The notes below the pieces were generated by a model, which was not told the origin of the DNA, did no database searches, and saw only the letters and a program-made list of their open reading frames with translations. From NCBI GenBank assembly GCA_963663995.1, contig OY760660.1, positions 510,001-542,000 of the forward strand: DNA of 32,000 nucleotides, read 5' to 3'. This stretch comes from Erysipelotrichaceae bacterium (GTDB lineage: Bacteria > Bacillota_I > Bacilli_A > Erysipelotrichales > Erysipelotrichaceae). The position numbers and the translations under genes were made by a program. This document shows, one piece after another, positions 1 to 8,562 of the stretch (positions are counted from its first letter, which is position 1; each line of letters begins with the position of its first letter).

Positions 1-140
1 AAATCCATCGTACCACTTTGCGTCATAATTGACATTTGTAGGATACGTGACTTCCCTTCCTGTAACCATTTCAGTTCACTCAGAAGTAAAGCACGCTTTT
101 GTAAGAAGGCTCTTACTAAATCTTCTAATTGCTTTTCCAT
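1..140 (-). CDS. rimP: Ribosome maturation factor RimP, N-terminal 46 codons only (gene continues past the window start)
   Basis: My translation of the reverse complement from the ATG at 140 gives MEKQLEDLVRAFLQKRALLLSELKWLQEGKSRILQMSIMTQSGTMD. This fits the RimP N-terminal pattern (L.L.e....EGk...L.v.I....G..D). A GAGG SD lies 6 nt upstream (147-150). The position directly downstream of polC matches the polC-rimP-nusA order common in Bacillota. Confidence 0.55.
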   Translation of the reverse strand, partial: MEKQLEDLVRAFLQKRALLLSELKWLQEGKSRILQMSIMTQSGTMD

Positions 141-163
141 ATAAAACCTCTTAGACAAATTAG

Positions 164-185
164 AAGGAGTGGCGAACCACTCCTT
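164..185 (-). promoter_or_regulatory. Perfect 9-bp stem-loop with a UUCG tetraloop in the predicted rimP 5' UTR (alternatively a weak polC terminator)
   Basis: Minus-strand RNA reads AAGGAGUGG-UUCG-CCACUCCUU. The 5' arm contains an SD-like AAGGAG. The hairpin is followed by CUAAUUUGUCU, which is a poor U-tract. Confidence 0.4.
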
Positions 186-201
186 GTTTACTATCATGTG
201 T

Positions 202-230
202 ATTATAGACAAATGCAATAACAATTTCAA
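202..230 (-). promoter_or_regulatory. Sigma-A-type promoter upstream of rimP
   Basis: Minus strand has TTGAAA (225-230), a 17-nt spacer and TATAAT (202-207), located just after the polC stop codon. Confidence 0.5.
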
Positions 231-232
231 GC

Positions 233-3200
233 CTAAAACAAACTCAATTGATTTTCATCATCTAAATGATCAAGAATACCAATTCTTTCAAACTGCTTCA
301 AATGAGTATTGTTAAGTAAAGTACGTGCTTGCAAATCTTCCTTAGATAAGAACGCTTTGGTTTCACGTGCTTCAATCACTGAATTAGCTACGTTACCTCC
401 CAATCCATCTAAGATACTAAATGGTGGAATTAAAGCTTTATCGTTTGTTGGATGCAATCGATATTCAGTGGCTAATGACAGATTAAGATCTAATTGTGCA
501 AAATGATAACCTCTTATTAACATCTCATAAGCAACTTCTAAACTACTGATTAATTCTTCTTCTTTCTTGCTAACATTTGATTTCTGTTTTTGATCAGATA
601 AACGATGTTGAATATCTCGTAATCTCTCAAGAACTTTCTCTTTACCAGCTACAATCGTTTCATATTCATTAACGTTTGTTCTTAAAGTAAAGAAAGTCGC
701 GTAATAAACAAGTGGCATATGAACTTTAAACCAAGCAACACGTACAGCCATTAAAACGTAGGCTACCGCATGGGCTTTTGGGAACATATACTTAATTTTT
801 AAACAGGAATGAATATACCACTCAGGCACATCATAATCAGCCATCAGTTTTTTCCATTCATCTTTTAAGCCTCTTCCTTTACGAACAGACTCCATAATAT
901 CGAAAGCTGATTTTGCCGGTAATCCTTTGTGAATAAGATAAACCATGATGTCATCACGACAACCTATAACATCTCTAAATGGATAACCCTCAGAAATTAA
1001 ATCTTTTGCGTTATTTAACCAAACATCTGTCCCATGGGATAAACCAGAGATACGAACTAAATCAGAGAAGTTCTCAGGCTTTGTACTTGATAACATACCG
1101 CGCACAAAGTTTGTTCCAAACTCAGGTAAACCAGCTGCACCAGTGATTTCTGGATAAGCAGGATCATTGATATCTAAACCGTTGATACTATTAAAGACTT
1201 GTGTAGCTGATCGATCATTCATACGAATCGTTCTAACATCTTTGCCCGATAATCGTTCCAACATTTTCATAGCAGTTGGATCGACATGTCCTAAAATATC
1301 AAGCTTTAATACATTGTCATGAATGTCATGGAATTCAAAGTGTGTGGTTAACCATGAAGAACTCTTTTTATTCGCTGGAAATTGTACAGGTGTAAAATCA
1401 TAAACATCCATATCTTGAGGAATAACGATAATACCCCCTGGATGTTGACCTGTTGTTCTTTTAGTGCCTTCACAACCCTTTGATAAATAAGTCATATAGG
1501 CTTGTCGAGCTTGAGTTTCGATACCCATTTCTTCAAAATAACCACGGGCATAACCATAAGCAGTCTTCTGAGCCACGGTTGAAATCGTTCCAGCACGATA
1601 AACATGTTCTTCACCAAAGAGAACTTTTGTATATGCATGGGCTTTTTCTTGATAATCGCCCGAGAAGTTTAAATCAATATCTGGTACTTTATCGCCTTCA
1701 AACCCTAAGAATGTTTCAAATGGAATATCATGTCCATCAACATTCATTAAAGTTGAACAGTGTGGACAATTCTTATCCACTAAGTCAAAACCACTATCGA
1801 TCGATCCATCTGTAATAAATTCAGAATGTTGACATTTTGGACAAACATAATGAGGTGGTAATGGATTAACTTCTGTAATATTCGATAGCGTGGCGACAAG
1901 GGATGAGCCTACAGATCCACGTGATCCAACCATATAGCCATCTTCAAGTGATTTTTTAACCAATAAATGGGCAATATAGTAAATAACACCAAATCCATGC
2001 CTCATTATTGAATTGAGTTCTTTTTCAATTCTTTCTAAGACATTCTCTGGGAGTGGATCGCCATATATTGCCTTCGCATTCTTATACACTTCATCACGTA
2101 ATTTATCATCCGCTCCATCAATGCTTGGCGTATATAAATCTTTTTTAACAGGTTTAAGTTCTTCAATTTGATTGAAGATTAAGCGTGGTGTATGAATAAC
2201 TAAGTGCTGAGCAACTTGTGGATCTAAGAATGAAAAAGCTTCTAACATTTCAGAAGTTGTTTTGAAATGTTGATTTGGGGAAGTCGTCCTTCTACGTTTC
2301 TCTTCATTGTAAATATACAGAGGATGTCGGGAAGCACCAACGGCTTTAGCTTGAATATAGACATCTCTAAAGATTTTATCTTTTGGATGTAAATAATGGG
2401 TATCCCCACTTGCAAGCACTGGAATCTTTAATTTTAAAGCGGTCTCAACAATCCGTTGGATTAAATCTTTGAGATCTTTCTCTGATGCGATACTTTGACG
2501 ATCTATTAAAGGTTTATAGTTTTCTGGTGTTTGAACTTCGATGTAGTCATAAAAAGGCATAGCTTCTTCTAAATCTTTTTGTGTACCCGTTAAAGCAATG
2601 TCAAAGATTTCACCATTTAGACAAGAAGAACCTAAAAGTAAATGATTTCTTCTTTTTTCTAAATCTTCCCTTTTTAATCGAGCTTCATTATTATTATCGT
2701 CTTTACCATTGCCAACCATTGAATCGGTATGTGCAATCGAAACAAGTTTAAAGATATCTTTCAAACCAACCGCATCTTTAGCAAGTGCAGTGACATGAAA
2801 CTTCATAAGTTTTCTGTGTCCAGCATCAACCCCAATTTGATAAAGTTCTAAAAGGTTACATTCTCTTAGCTCATCACTATTGATCCATTTTTGGAAAATA
2901 CCTAACAAAACTTCAGCATCATAATCAGCACGGTGAGCAACACCATCGTCATAGCTTAGTTTATAGTGTTTCGCAATCGCACCTAATCGATAGGAACGCT
3001 TCGATTCAATCATTGCCTTTGCTAAATCTAATGTATCAATAACCGGATTATTTAAAGCTTGATAGCCATGTCTTATCAATGCTTGATTGATAAAACCACT
3101 ATCAAATGAAGCATTATGAGCAACAAGTACCCCATCACCTATAAAGTCTTTCCATTTACTGATACATTCTTCTTCTGTATCAGCATGATTAACCATGTCT

Positions 3201-4546
3201 TGAGTAATACTTGTCAATTTAGTTGTGAAAGCAGATAATTCTCGTTTTGGATTAACAAACATCTGCATTCGATCAATTATCATACCTTGCGACAATTTAA
3301 TCGCTCCAAATTCAATGATGCGATCAAATTCTTTCGATAAACCTGTTGTTTCTAAGTCAAAGATAATAAATGTACTTGATTTTAATAAACGATCATCAGC
3401 ATTATAAACAATATTTAAATGATTATTTACAACATCAAACTCGCAACCATAGGCCATCTTAAATATTTTCTGTGGATTCTTTTTAAGTAAACTTTCAACC
3501 ATTCGTTGTGCTTTTGGAAATGATTGAACATTATTATGGTCTGTAATCGCAAAACCTTCATGTCCCCATTTAAATGCTTGTTCAATGTAGGACTCTACGG
3601 TAGCAACACCATCCATTTCAGACATATTAGAATGAGCATGTAATTCAATACGTTTAATCGCTGCTTCATCACTACGTGCAAATAAATCAGCAATTTGTTT
3701 AACTTCTTTGGCATTGATTTGAATATCTTTACCATAATTGTCATAAACAATGTCACCAAAGATTTCAATACTCATTCCTTCATGAAGTTGAGAGTATTTT
3801 AATTTCTCATCTTCACGATCTAAAAATTTAACAAAACTGATGGCATCAGTTCCATCATAAATAGAGAATGTTTTTAATAATCGAGTGTTTTGATTAATCC
3901 AACGGTCTTCAATCAAAAAGATTTGACCTTGAACTTTTATATTTTTTTGTCCAACTTGAATTGAATCTAGTTGTACCAATTCATATTCATCATATTTCAA
4001 ACGAGTTTTTTTAACTTGACTTTGATTAAAAGATGTTTCATTTACAGAAACTTCCTTTTTCTTACTTTCTATGACAACTTCTTTTTCTTCTTTAATCGCA
4101 GCATCACAAGTCATGACGATTCCATTTTGTTTAAGATATTGTCCGATACGAACAATTAATTTTTGATCTTGATCAGATAAAGGCAATTTATCAACGATAA
4201 ACTTAAGGGATTGATCATCAAATAAAGTTAACGTATTCGCATGAATCGTTTCTGTGAAATCATCTTTTAAATATTCTTTCACATAGAAATGAATATCTTT
4301 AGATTCAAGATTTTGCTCAGTCGCAACAATAGTTAGATCAATTTCAGCTTTCAATTGCTTTATCAATGCTTTCTTAAGCCTTGTATAAAGAGAAAACGGT
4401 AAAGTCTGTAAAAGATACAAGTTTAAAAGAACACGTTGATTTTCACGGTTAAATTGGACTGTATACGTTGCTTTATTAAAATAAACTTGATCTAAAAGAT
4501 CAAGCTTTAGTTTTTTTAAAATATCATCAAAAGAAACAGCTTTCAC
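233..4546 (-). CDS. polC: DNA polymerase III PolC-type (Gram-positive replicative polymerase with built-in proofreading exonuclease)
   Basis: 1437-aa ORF. It has a PHP motif (IELHAHSNMSEMDG) and a DEDDh exonuclease insert (FIIFDLETTGLS ... HRADYDAEV). It also has a Zn-finger (CPKCQHSEF...CPHCS) and a pol III alpha core (PDIDLNFSG). The start is GTG at 4546, 5 nt after AGGAG (4552-4556) and immediately after the upstream TAG stop. Confidence 0.97.
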   Translation of the reverse strand: MKAVSFDDILKKLKLDLLDQVYFNKATYTVQFNRENQRVLLNLYLLQTLPFSLYTRLKKALIKQLKAEIDLTIVATEQNLESKDIHFYVKEYLKDDFTETIHANTLTLFDDQSLKFIVDKLPLSDQDQKLIVRIGQYLKQNGIVMTCDAAIKEEKEVVIESKKKEVSVNETSFNQSQVKKTRLKYDEYELVQLDSIQVGQKNIKVQGQIFLIEDRWINQNTRLLKTFSIYDGTDAISFVKFLDREDEKLKYSQLHEGMSIEIFGDIVYDNYGKDIQINAKEVKQIADLFARSDEAAIKRIELHAHSNMSEMDGVATVESYIEQAFKWGHEGFAITDHNNVQSFPKAQRMVESLLKKNPQKIFKMAYGCEFDVVNNHLNIVYNADDRLLKSSTFIIFDLETTGLSKEFDRIIEFGAIKLSQGMIIDRMQMFVNPKRELSAFTTKLTSITQDMVNHADTEEECISKWKDFIGDGVLVAHNASFDSGFINQALIRHGYQALNNPVIDTLDLAKAMIESKRSYRLGAIAKHYKLSYDDGVAHRADYDAEVLLGIFQKWINSDELRECNLLELYQIGVDAGHRKLMKFHVTALAKDAVGLKDIFKLVSIAHTDSMVGNGKDDNNNEARLKREDLEKRRNHLLLGSSCLNGEIFDIALTGTQKDLEEAMPFYDYIEVQTPENYKPLIDRQSIASEKDLKDLIQRIVETALKLKIPVLASGDTHYLHPKDKIFRDVYIQAKAVGASRHPLYIYNEEKRRRTTSPNQHFKTTSEMLEAFSFLDPQVAQHLVIHTPRLIFNQIEELKPVKKDLYTPSIDGADDKLRDEVYKNAKAIYGDPLPENVLERIEKELNSIMRHGFGVIYYIAHLLVKKSLEDGYMVGSRGSVGSSLVATLSNITEVNPLPPHYVCPKCQHSEFITDGSIDSGFDLVDKNCPHCSTLMNVDGHDIPFETFLGFEGDKVPDIDLNFSGDYQEKAHAYTKVLFGEEHVYRAGTISTVAQKTAYGYARGYFEEMGIETQARQAYMTYLSKGCEGTKRTTGQHPGGIIVIPQDMDVYDFTPVQFPANKKSSSWLTTHFEFHDIHDNVLKLDILGHVDPTAMKMLERLSGKDVRTIRMNDRSATQVFNSINGLDINDPAYPEITGAAGLPEFGTNFVRGMLSSTKPENFSDLVRISGLSHGTDVWLNNAKDLISEGYPFRDVIGCRDDIMVYLIHKGLPAKSAFDIMESVRKGRGLKDEWKKLMADYDVPEWYIHSCLKIKYMFPKAHAVAYVLMAVRVAWFKVHMPLVYYATFFTLRTNVNEYETIVAGKEKVLERLRDIQHRLSDQKQKSNVSKKEEELISSLEVAYEMLIRGYHFAQLDLNLSLATEYRLHPTNDKALIPPFSILDGLGGNVANSVIEARETKAFLSKEDLQARTLLNNTHLKQFERIGILDHLDDENQLSLF

Positions 4547-5833
4547 CTAAACTCCTAACGCTTCACAAATTTTTTGAGCAGCTAATTTACCACCAGATAA
4601 AGCATGGATAACCGTTTTTGTGCCAGTAACACCATCACCAGCTGCATAAACTCCCTTTAAGGTTGTTTCGTAATTCTCATCAACAATAATTTGATCTTTA
4701 TCATCGATTTCTAAACCTTCAAATTGAACAGGTCTAACTTTTGAACCAATCGCCATAACAAACAAGTCACAATCGATTTTTTCAACATCTGTAGTTGTTT
4801 CTATTAAACCACGAGGATGGTCTTCATTTTGAACCACTTGGGTTTTATACGTATGAACAACGAGCTTGTTATCTTTTTCTTCAATTTCAAAGGGATCACG
4901 TAATTCATGGAAATTAACATTTAAATGTTGAGCTTCTTTAATTTCAGCAGGACGAGCAGGCATTTTATCAATACTACGACGATAAACAACGTGAGTATCC
5001 ATACCAAATTTAGCGGCTGATATCGCAACATCCATCGCTACATTTCCGCCGCCCATAACAACGACTGATTTAAAGTGCGCAAAATGTTCAGCAAATGGTT
5101 CTTCACCAATGTTTAGTAAGCCCAAGAATGTTTTCCAACCAATAACATTGGCACTATCATAGCCTTTGATATTTGATTTATTTTGTTTAGAGGCACCAAT
5201 CCCTAAGAATACAGCATCATAACCACGATCAAGTAAATCTTCATAGGATTCATCATCAGAGACTAAATGTGATGTTTTAAAGTTAACGCCTAGTTTTTCT
5301 AAACGTTCAATTCTTTGGTTTACGACATCATTCGGTAGACGATATGGAGGAATACCAAACTTAAGTACGCCACCAACAAAGGTCTTACGCTCATAAACAT
5401 CAACATCAACACCATTCTCAATCATATGTTGAGCACAAGCTAATCCCGCAGGACCTGAACCAATAACTGCTATACGTTTGCCCGTTTTAGCAACTTCCAC
5501 TTTTTTAGATTCGTAATGGTCGCCAATAAAACGTTCGATTAAACCAATTTTAACTGGTGCATTTTGAGCTTGTCTGACACATTTGAGTTCACACTGAATA
5601 TCTTGGTAACAAACACGTCCACAAATTTCAGGAAAACTTGTTTTGCTTTCAGAAATGGCTTTCGCATCTTCTCCACGTCCTTCTAAAAAGGCAATGATCA
5701 TATTTGGAATATCATTATGTGCTACACAACCATCCTGACATGGTTTGTGACGGCAATTTAAACAACGTTGAGCCTCCTCAATCGCTTGTTCATATGTTAA
5801 ACCTTCAAATTCTTGGTAAATTTCGTTTGTCAT
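4547..5833 (-). CDS. GltD/NfnB/SudA-like NAD(P)H-dependent Fe-S flavoprotein oxidoreductase (glutamate synthase small-subunit family), stand-alone
   Basis: 428 aa. There are two Cys clusters (CLNCRHKPCQDGC and CGRVCYQDIQCELKC) and two dinucleotide-binding motifs (VIGSGPAGLACA and VMGGGNVAMDVA), plus a C-terminal AAGDGVTG. The ATG overlaps the rnc stop (ATGA, 5830-5833), and its stop abuts the polC start. Confidence 0.85.
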   Translation of the reverse strand: MTNEIYQEFEGLTYEQAIEEAQRCLNCRHKPCQDGCVAHNDIPNMIIAFLEGRGEDAKAISESKTSFPEICGRVCYQDIQCELKCVRQAQNAPVKIGLIERFIGDHYESKKVEVAKTGKRIAVIGSGPAGLACAQHMIENGVDVDVYERKTFVGGVLKFGIPPYRLPNDVVNQRIERLEKLGVNFKTSHLVSDDESYEDLLDRGYDAVFLGIGASKQNKSNIKGYDSANVIGWKTFLGLLNIGEEPFAEHFAHFKSVVVMGGGNVAMDVAISAAKFGMDTHVVYRRSIDKMPARPAEIKEAQHLNVNFHELRDPFEIEEKDNKLVVHTYKTQVVQNEDHPRGLIETTTDVEKIDCDLFVMAIGSKVRPVQFEGLEIDDKDQIIVDENYETTLKGVYAAGDGVTGTKTVIHALSGGKLAAQKICEALGV

Positions 5834-6528
5834 TTTACTAATTTTTCTAAGGCGACTTCTGCAGCAGCTTGTTCAGCACGCTTTTTAGAACTCCCTTTTC
5901 CCTTTCCATAAATAATATCGTCAATTTTCACAGCCATTTCGAATTCACGTGCATTCGCTGGACCATCCATCGAAATCAAGACGTATTCTATCGTACGTCG
6001 ATTATCTGCTTGCACATATTCTTGTAATTGCGTTTTAAAATCTTGATTTTCTTTTAAATTTGAAAATCTTTGTGGATCTTTGAATAGTTCTCTTAAGAGT
6101 GGATCAATCTTTTCAATCCCACAGTCCAAATAGAGAGCTCCTAAAACTGCTTCAAAACAATCTGCCAGGGTTGATGCACGTTTATTACCGTGATCAAGTA
6201 ATTCCCCTTTACCCAATTTTATGACTTTATCAAGTTCTAATTCCTTAGCACAAAAAGCTAATGATTCTTCACAAACCATTTGTGCCCTAAGTTTTGTCAT
6301 CTCGCCTTCATCCATTTGTGGTTTTAGCTTAAACAAAAACTCAGCACTCCATAATTGCAAGACAGCATCACCCATAAACTCTAAACGTTGATTATCAACA
6401 TGAACTGTTTTTTTATGTTCATGACGATAAGAACGATGTGTGAAAGCTTCTTCAATTAAGTCAGTACTAGATAGTTGATATCCGAACTTATTAAGCCATT
6501 CTAAAATTGTCATAGCCCTATTATACAT
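5830..6528 (-). CDS. rnc: Ribonuclease III
   Basis: Contains the RNase III signature (AFTHRSY...NQRLEFMGDAVL) and a C-terminal dsRBD (KTQLQEYVQ...KKRAEQAAA). The maximal ORF starts at 6528 (MYNRAM...). The ATG at 6513 (MTILEWLNKFG...) fits the usual N-terminal length better. The start is therefore ambiguous. Confidence 0.93.
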   Translation of the reverse strand: MYNRAMTILEWLNKFGYQLSSTDLIEEAFTHRSYRHEHKKTVHVDNQRLEFMGDAVLQLWSAEFLFKLKPQMDEGEMTKLRAQMVCEESLAFCAKELELDKVIKLGKGELLDHGNKRASTLADCFEAVLGALYLDCGIEKIDPLLRELFKDPQRFSNLKENQDFKTQLQEYVQADNRRTIEYVLISMDGPANAREFEMAVKIDDIIYGKGKGSSKKRAEQAAAEVALEKLVK

Positions 6529-6538
6529 GAGATAGACT

Positions 6539-8551
6539 TCAGTCTAAAGATTCATGTTTCAATTCTTTCTTGCAATTTGCTATCCAAGATTGAAATTCAA
6601 ATTCATTGATATTTTTTATAATTTCTTGTGAATCTTCTTGTGCTTTTAACAATATCTTTTGATCTAAGATAATGTTTGCGACTAAAAACGAAGGAATTCC
6701 TGATTGTCTTAATCCAAATAGTTCACCAGGTCCTCTAAGTTCTAAATCTTTATTCGCAATATAAAAGCCATCACTACTTTCTTCTAGTACATCCAGACGC
6801 GCTAAACTTAATTCATCTTCACTATCTGTTAGAAGATAACAATAAGCCTCAACCTCACCTCTACCTACTCTGCCTCTTAATTGATGGAGGGAGGATAAAC
6901 CAAAGCGATCAGCATCATAAATAACCATCACATTAGCATTGGCGACATTAACTCCAACTTCAATAACCGTTGTTGATACTAAGAAATCAATTTTATGGTC
7001 AATGAAATCTTTCATGATGGCATCTTTTTCATCACTCTTAAGTTTGCCATGCAAAGAAGCTACTCGATATTTCTGAGGGAGTGCTTTCTTTAATATTTTT
7101 GTTATACTTTCGACTGATTTAGTACTACTTTCTTCATTTTCTTCTATAGCGGGACATACCACATAAACTTGTTGATTTGCATCGACCAAATCTAACACTT
7201 CCTTCAAAATTGATTTTAATGAATTTTCATGGATGACTTGTGTATGCACTTTTTGTTTAGATGAATGATAAGCGGCAATGGTTGAAACATCTAAATCGCC
7301 AAAGACAACAGATGCTAAAGTACGAGGAATTGGGGTAGCACTCATTAATAGAAAATCAACTTGATCTCCTTTATCTGATAATTTCCGACGCTGTTTAACA
7401 CCAAAGCGATGTTGTTCATCAGCGACCACTAAACCGACATTTTTAAATTTAACGTCATCTTGAATGATTGAATGTGTCCCAATTAAAATATCAATTTCAC
7501 CTTCCTCTAAGCGATTTAAAATATCTGTTTTTTCTTTTTGTGATTTAGATGAACTTAAAACTTCAAGTCTAATTGTCGAAGGTAAATAATGTTTTAAACT
7601 CTTAAAGTGTTGATAAGCTAATATTTCTGTTGGCACTAAAAATGCAGATTGAAATTTAGCTAAAGTACTTGCATACATTGCTAAAGCCGCAATAACGGTT
7701 TTCCCAGATCCAACATCCCCTTGTAATAAACGATACATCCTTTTAGATGATTGAAGGTCATTTAAGATATCATTTAAAACCTCATTTTGTTCTTGGGTTA
7801 AGGTAAATGGTAAGTCTTTTTTCCAAGATTCAATCACACGTCGATCAAAGACTTTGATCCTACCAAAATCAATGCCTAAGTTATCGACTCTGTTTAATTG
7901 TAATTTTGTTTGAAAACGTAGAAATTCCTCGTATTTTAAAGTCCGTAAAGCCATATTAAGTTCTTCTTGTCTTTTAGCTTTATGCATCCAATAGAGTGCT
8001 TGCTTAACACTAAGTAGTTTATATCGTTCTTTAAAAATATTTGGGATATCAGTAATATCAAGCTCTTTTAAATGCACAATTACTTTATCTAAAATCGTTT
8101 TAAAATCATTTGCACTTAAATCTTTGCTACTTGAATAAACAGGATTTAAACCTAATTGTGTTTCTGCATCTTTTGTATTGTAATTGATTGCTGTTAAACG
8201 ATTTTGACCATCAAATTTCGCATAACATACAATATGCATTCCCTCTTTTATCCAAGGACGATTAAATATACTTACGTTGTATAACATATCTTTAGATTGA
8301 AGCAAGAAACTTGTTCGGGTTAGTTTTGCCTTTAATCGCTGATTTCTAACATCGTAGACATCACCTTCGATGTAAACTTTATCACCTTTTTGCCATGTAC
8401 TTGGATCCGTAAAGACAACATTTTCATATCTGATTGGAAAATGAAAACAAACATCTTTTGCACTTAAAAGAGAAGCAGCGACTGCTTTTTCATATTTTTG
8501 TTTTGTGAGTACTTTACTTAGTTCAATCATGAGCTTGTTAAAAAAGGGCAA
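6539..8551 (-). CDS. recG: ATP-dependent DNA helicase RecG
   Basis: Has Walker A (GDVGSGKT), DEQH box (VADEQHRFG) and motif VI (QLRGRVGRG), with an N-terminal wedge/OB region. The ORF-track start is TTG at 8551, inside a terminator-like hairpin. The alternative is ATG at 8530 (MIELSK...). The start is uncertain. Confidence 0.93.
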   Translation of the reverse strand: MPFFNKLMIELSKVLTKQKYEKAVAASLLSAKDVCFHFPIRYENVVFTDPSTWQKGDKVYIEGDVYDVRNQRLKAKLTRTSFLLQSKDMLYNVSIFNRPWIKEGMHIVCYAKFDGQNRLTAINYNTKDAETQLGLNPVYSSSKDLSANDFKTILDKVIVHLKELDITDIPNIFKERYKLLSVKQALYWMHKAKRQEELNMALRTLKYEEFLRFQTKLQLNRVDNLGIDFGRIKVFDRRVIESWKKDLPFTLTQEQNEVLNDILNDLQSSKRMYRLLQGDVGSGKTVIAALAMYASTLAKFQSAFLVPTEILAYQHFKSLKHYLPSTIRLEVLSSSKSQKEKTDILNRLEEGEIDILIGTHSIIQDDVKFKNVGLVVADEQHRFGVKQRRKLSDKGDQVDFLLMSATPIPRTLASVVFGDLDVSTIAAYHSSKQKVHTQVIHENSLKSILKEVLDLVDANQQVYVVCPAIEENEESSTKSVESITKILKKALPQKYRVASLHGKLKSDEKDAIMKDFIDHKIDFLVSTTVIEVGVNVANANVMVIYDADRFGLSSLHQLRGRVGRGEVEAYCYLLTDSEDELSLARLDVLEESSDGFYIANKDLELRGPGELFGLRQSGIPSFLVANIILDQKILLKAQEDSQEIIKNINEFEFQSWIANCKKELKHESLD

Positions 8552-8562
8552 AATGCCCTTTT
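8540..8562 (-). terminator. Intrinsic-terminator-like hairpin downstream of fakA/yloV
   Basis: Minus strand reads AAAAGGGC-AUUUU-GCCCUUUU followed by UU: an 8-bp stem with 4 G:C pairs and a 6-U run. It overlaps the fakA stop codon and the putative recG TTG start. Confidence 0.5.

Noticed and set aside
309-4159. Plus-strand ORFs 309-506, 1480-1815, 3225-3407 and 3971-4159
   Set aside because: They lie entirely antisense within the strongly supported polC CDS. Their translations are low-complexity or hydrophobic, as is typical of antisense frames in AT-rich DNA, and none has an SD.
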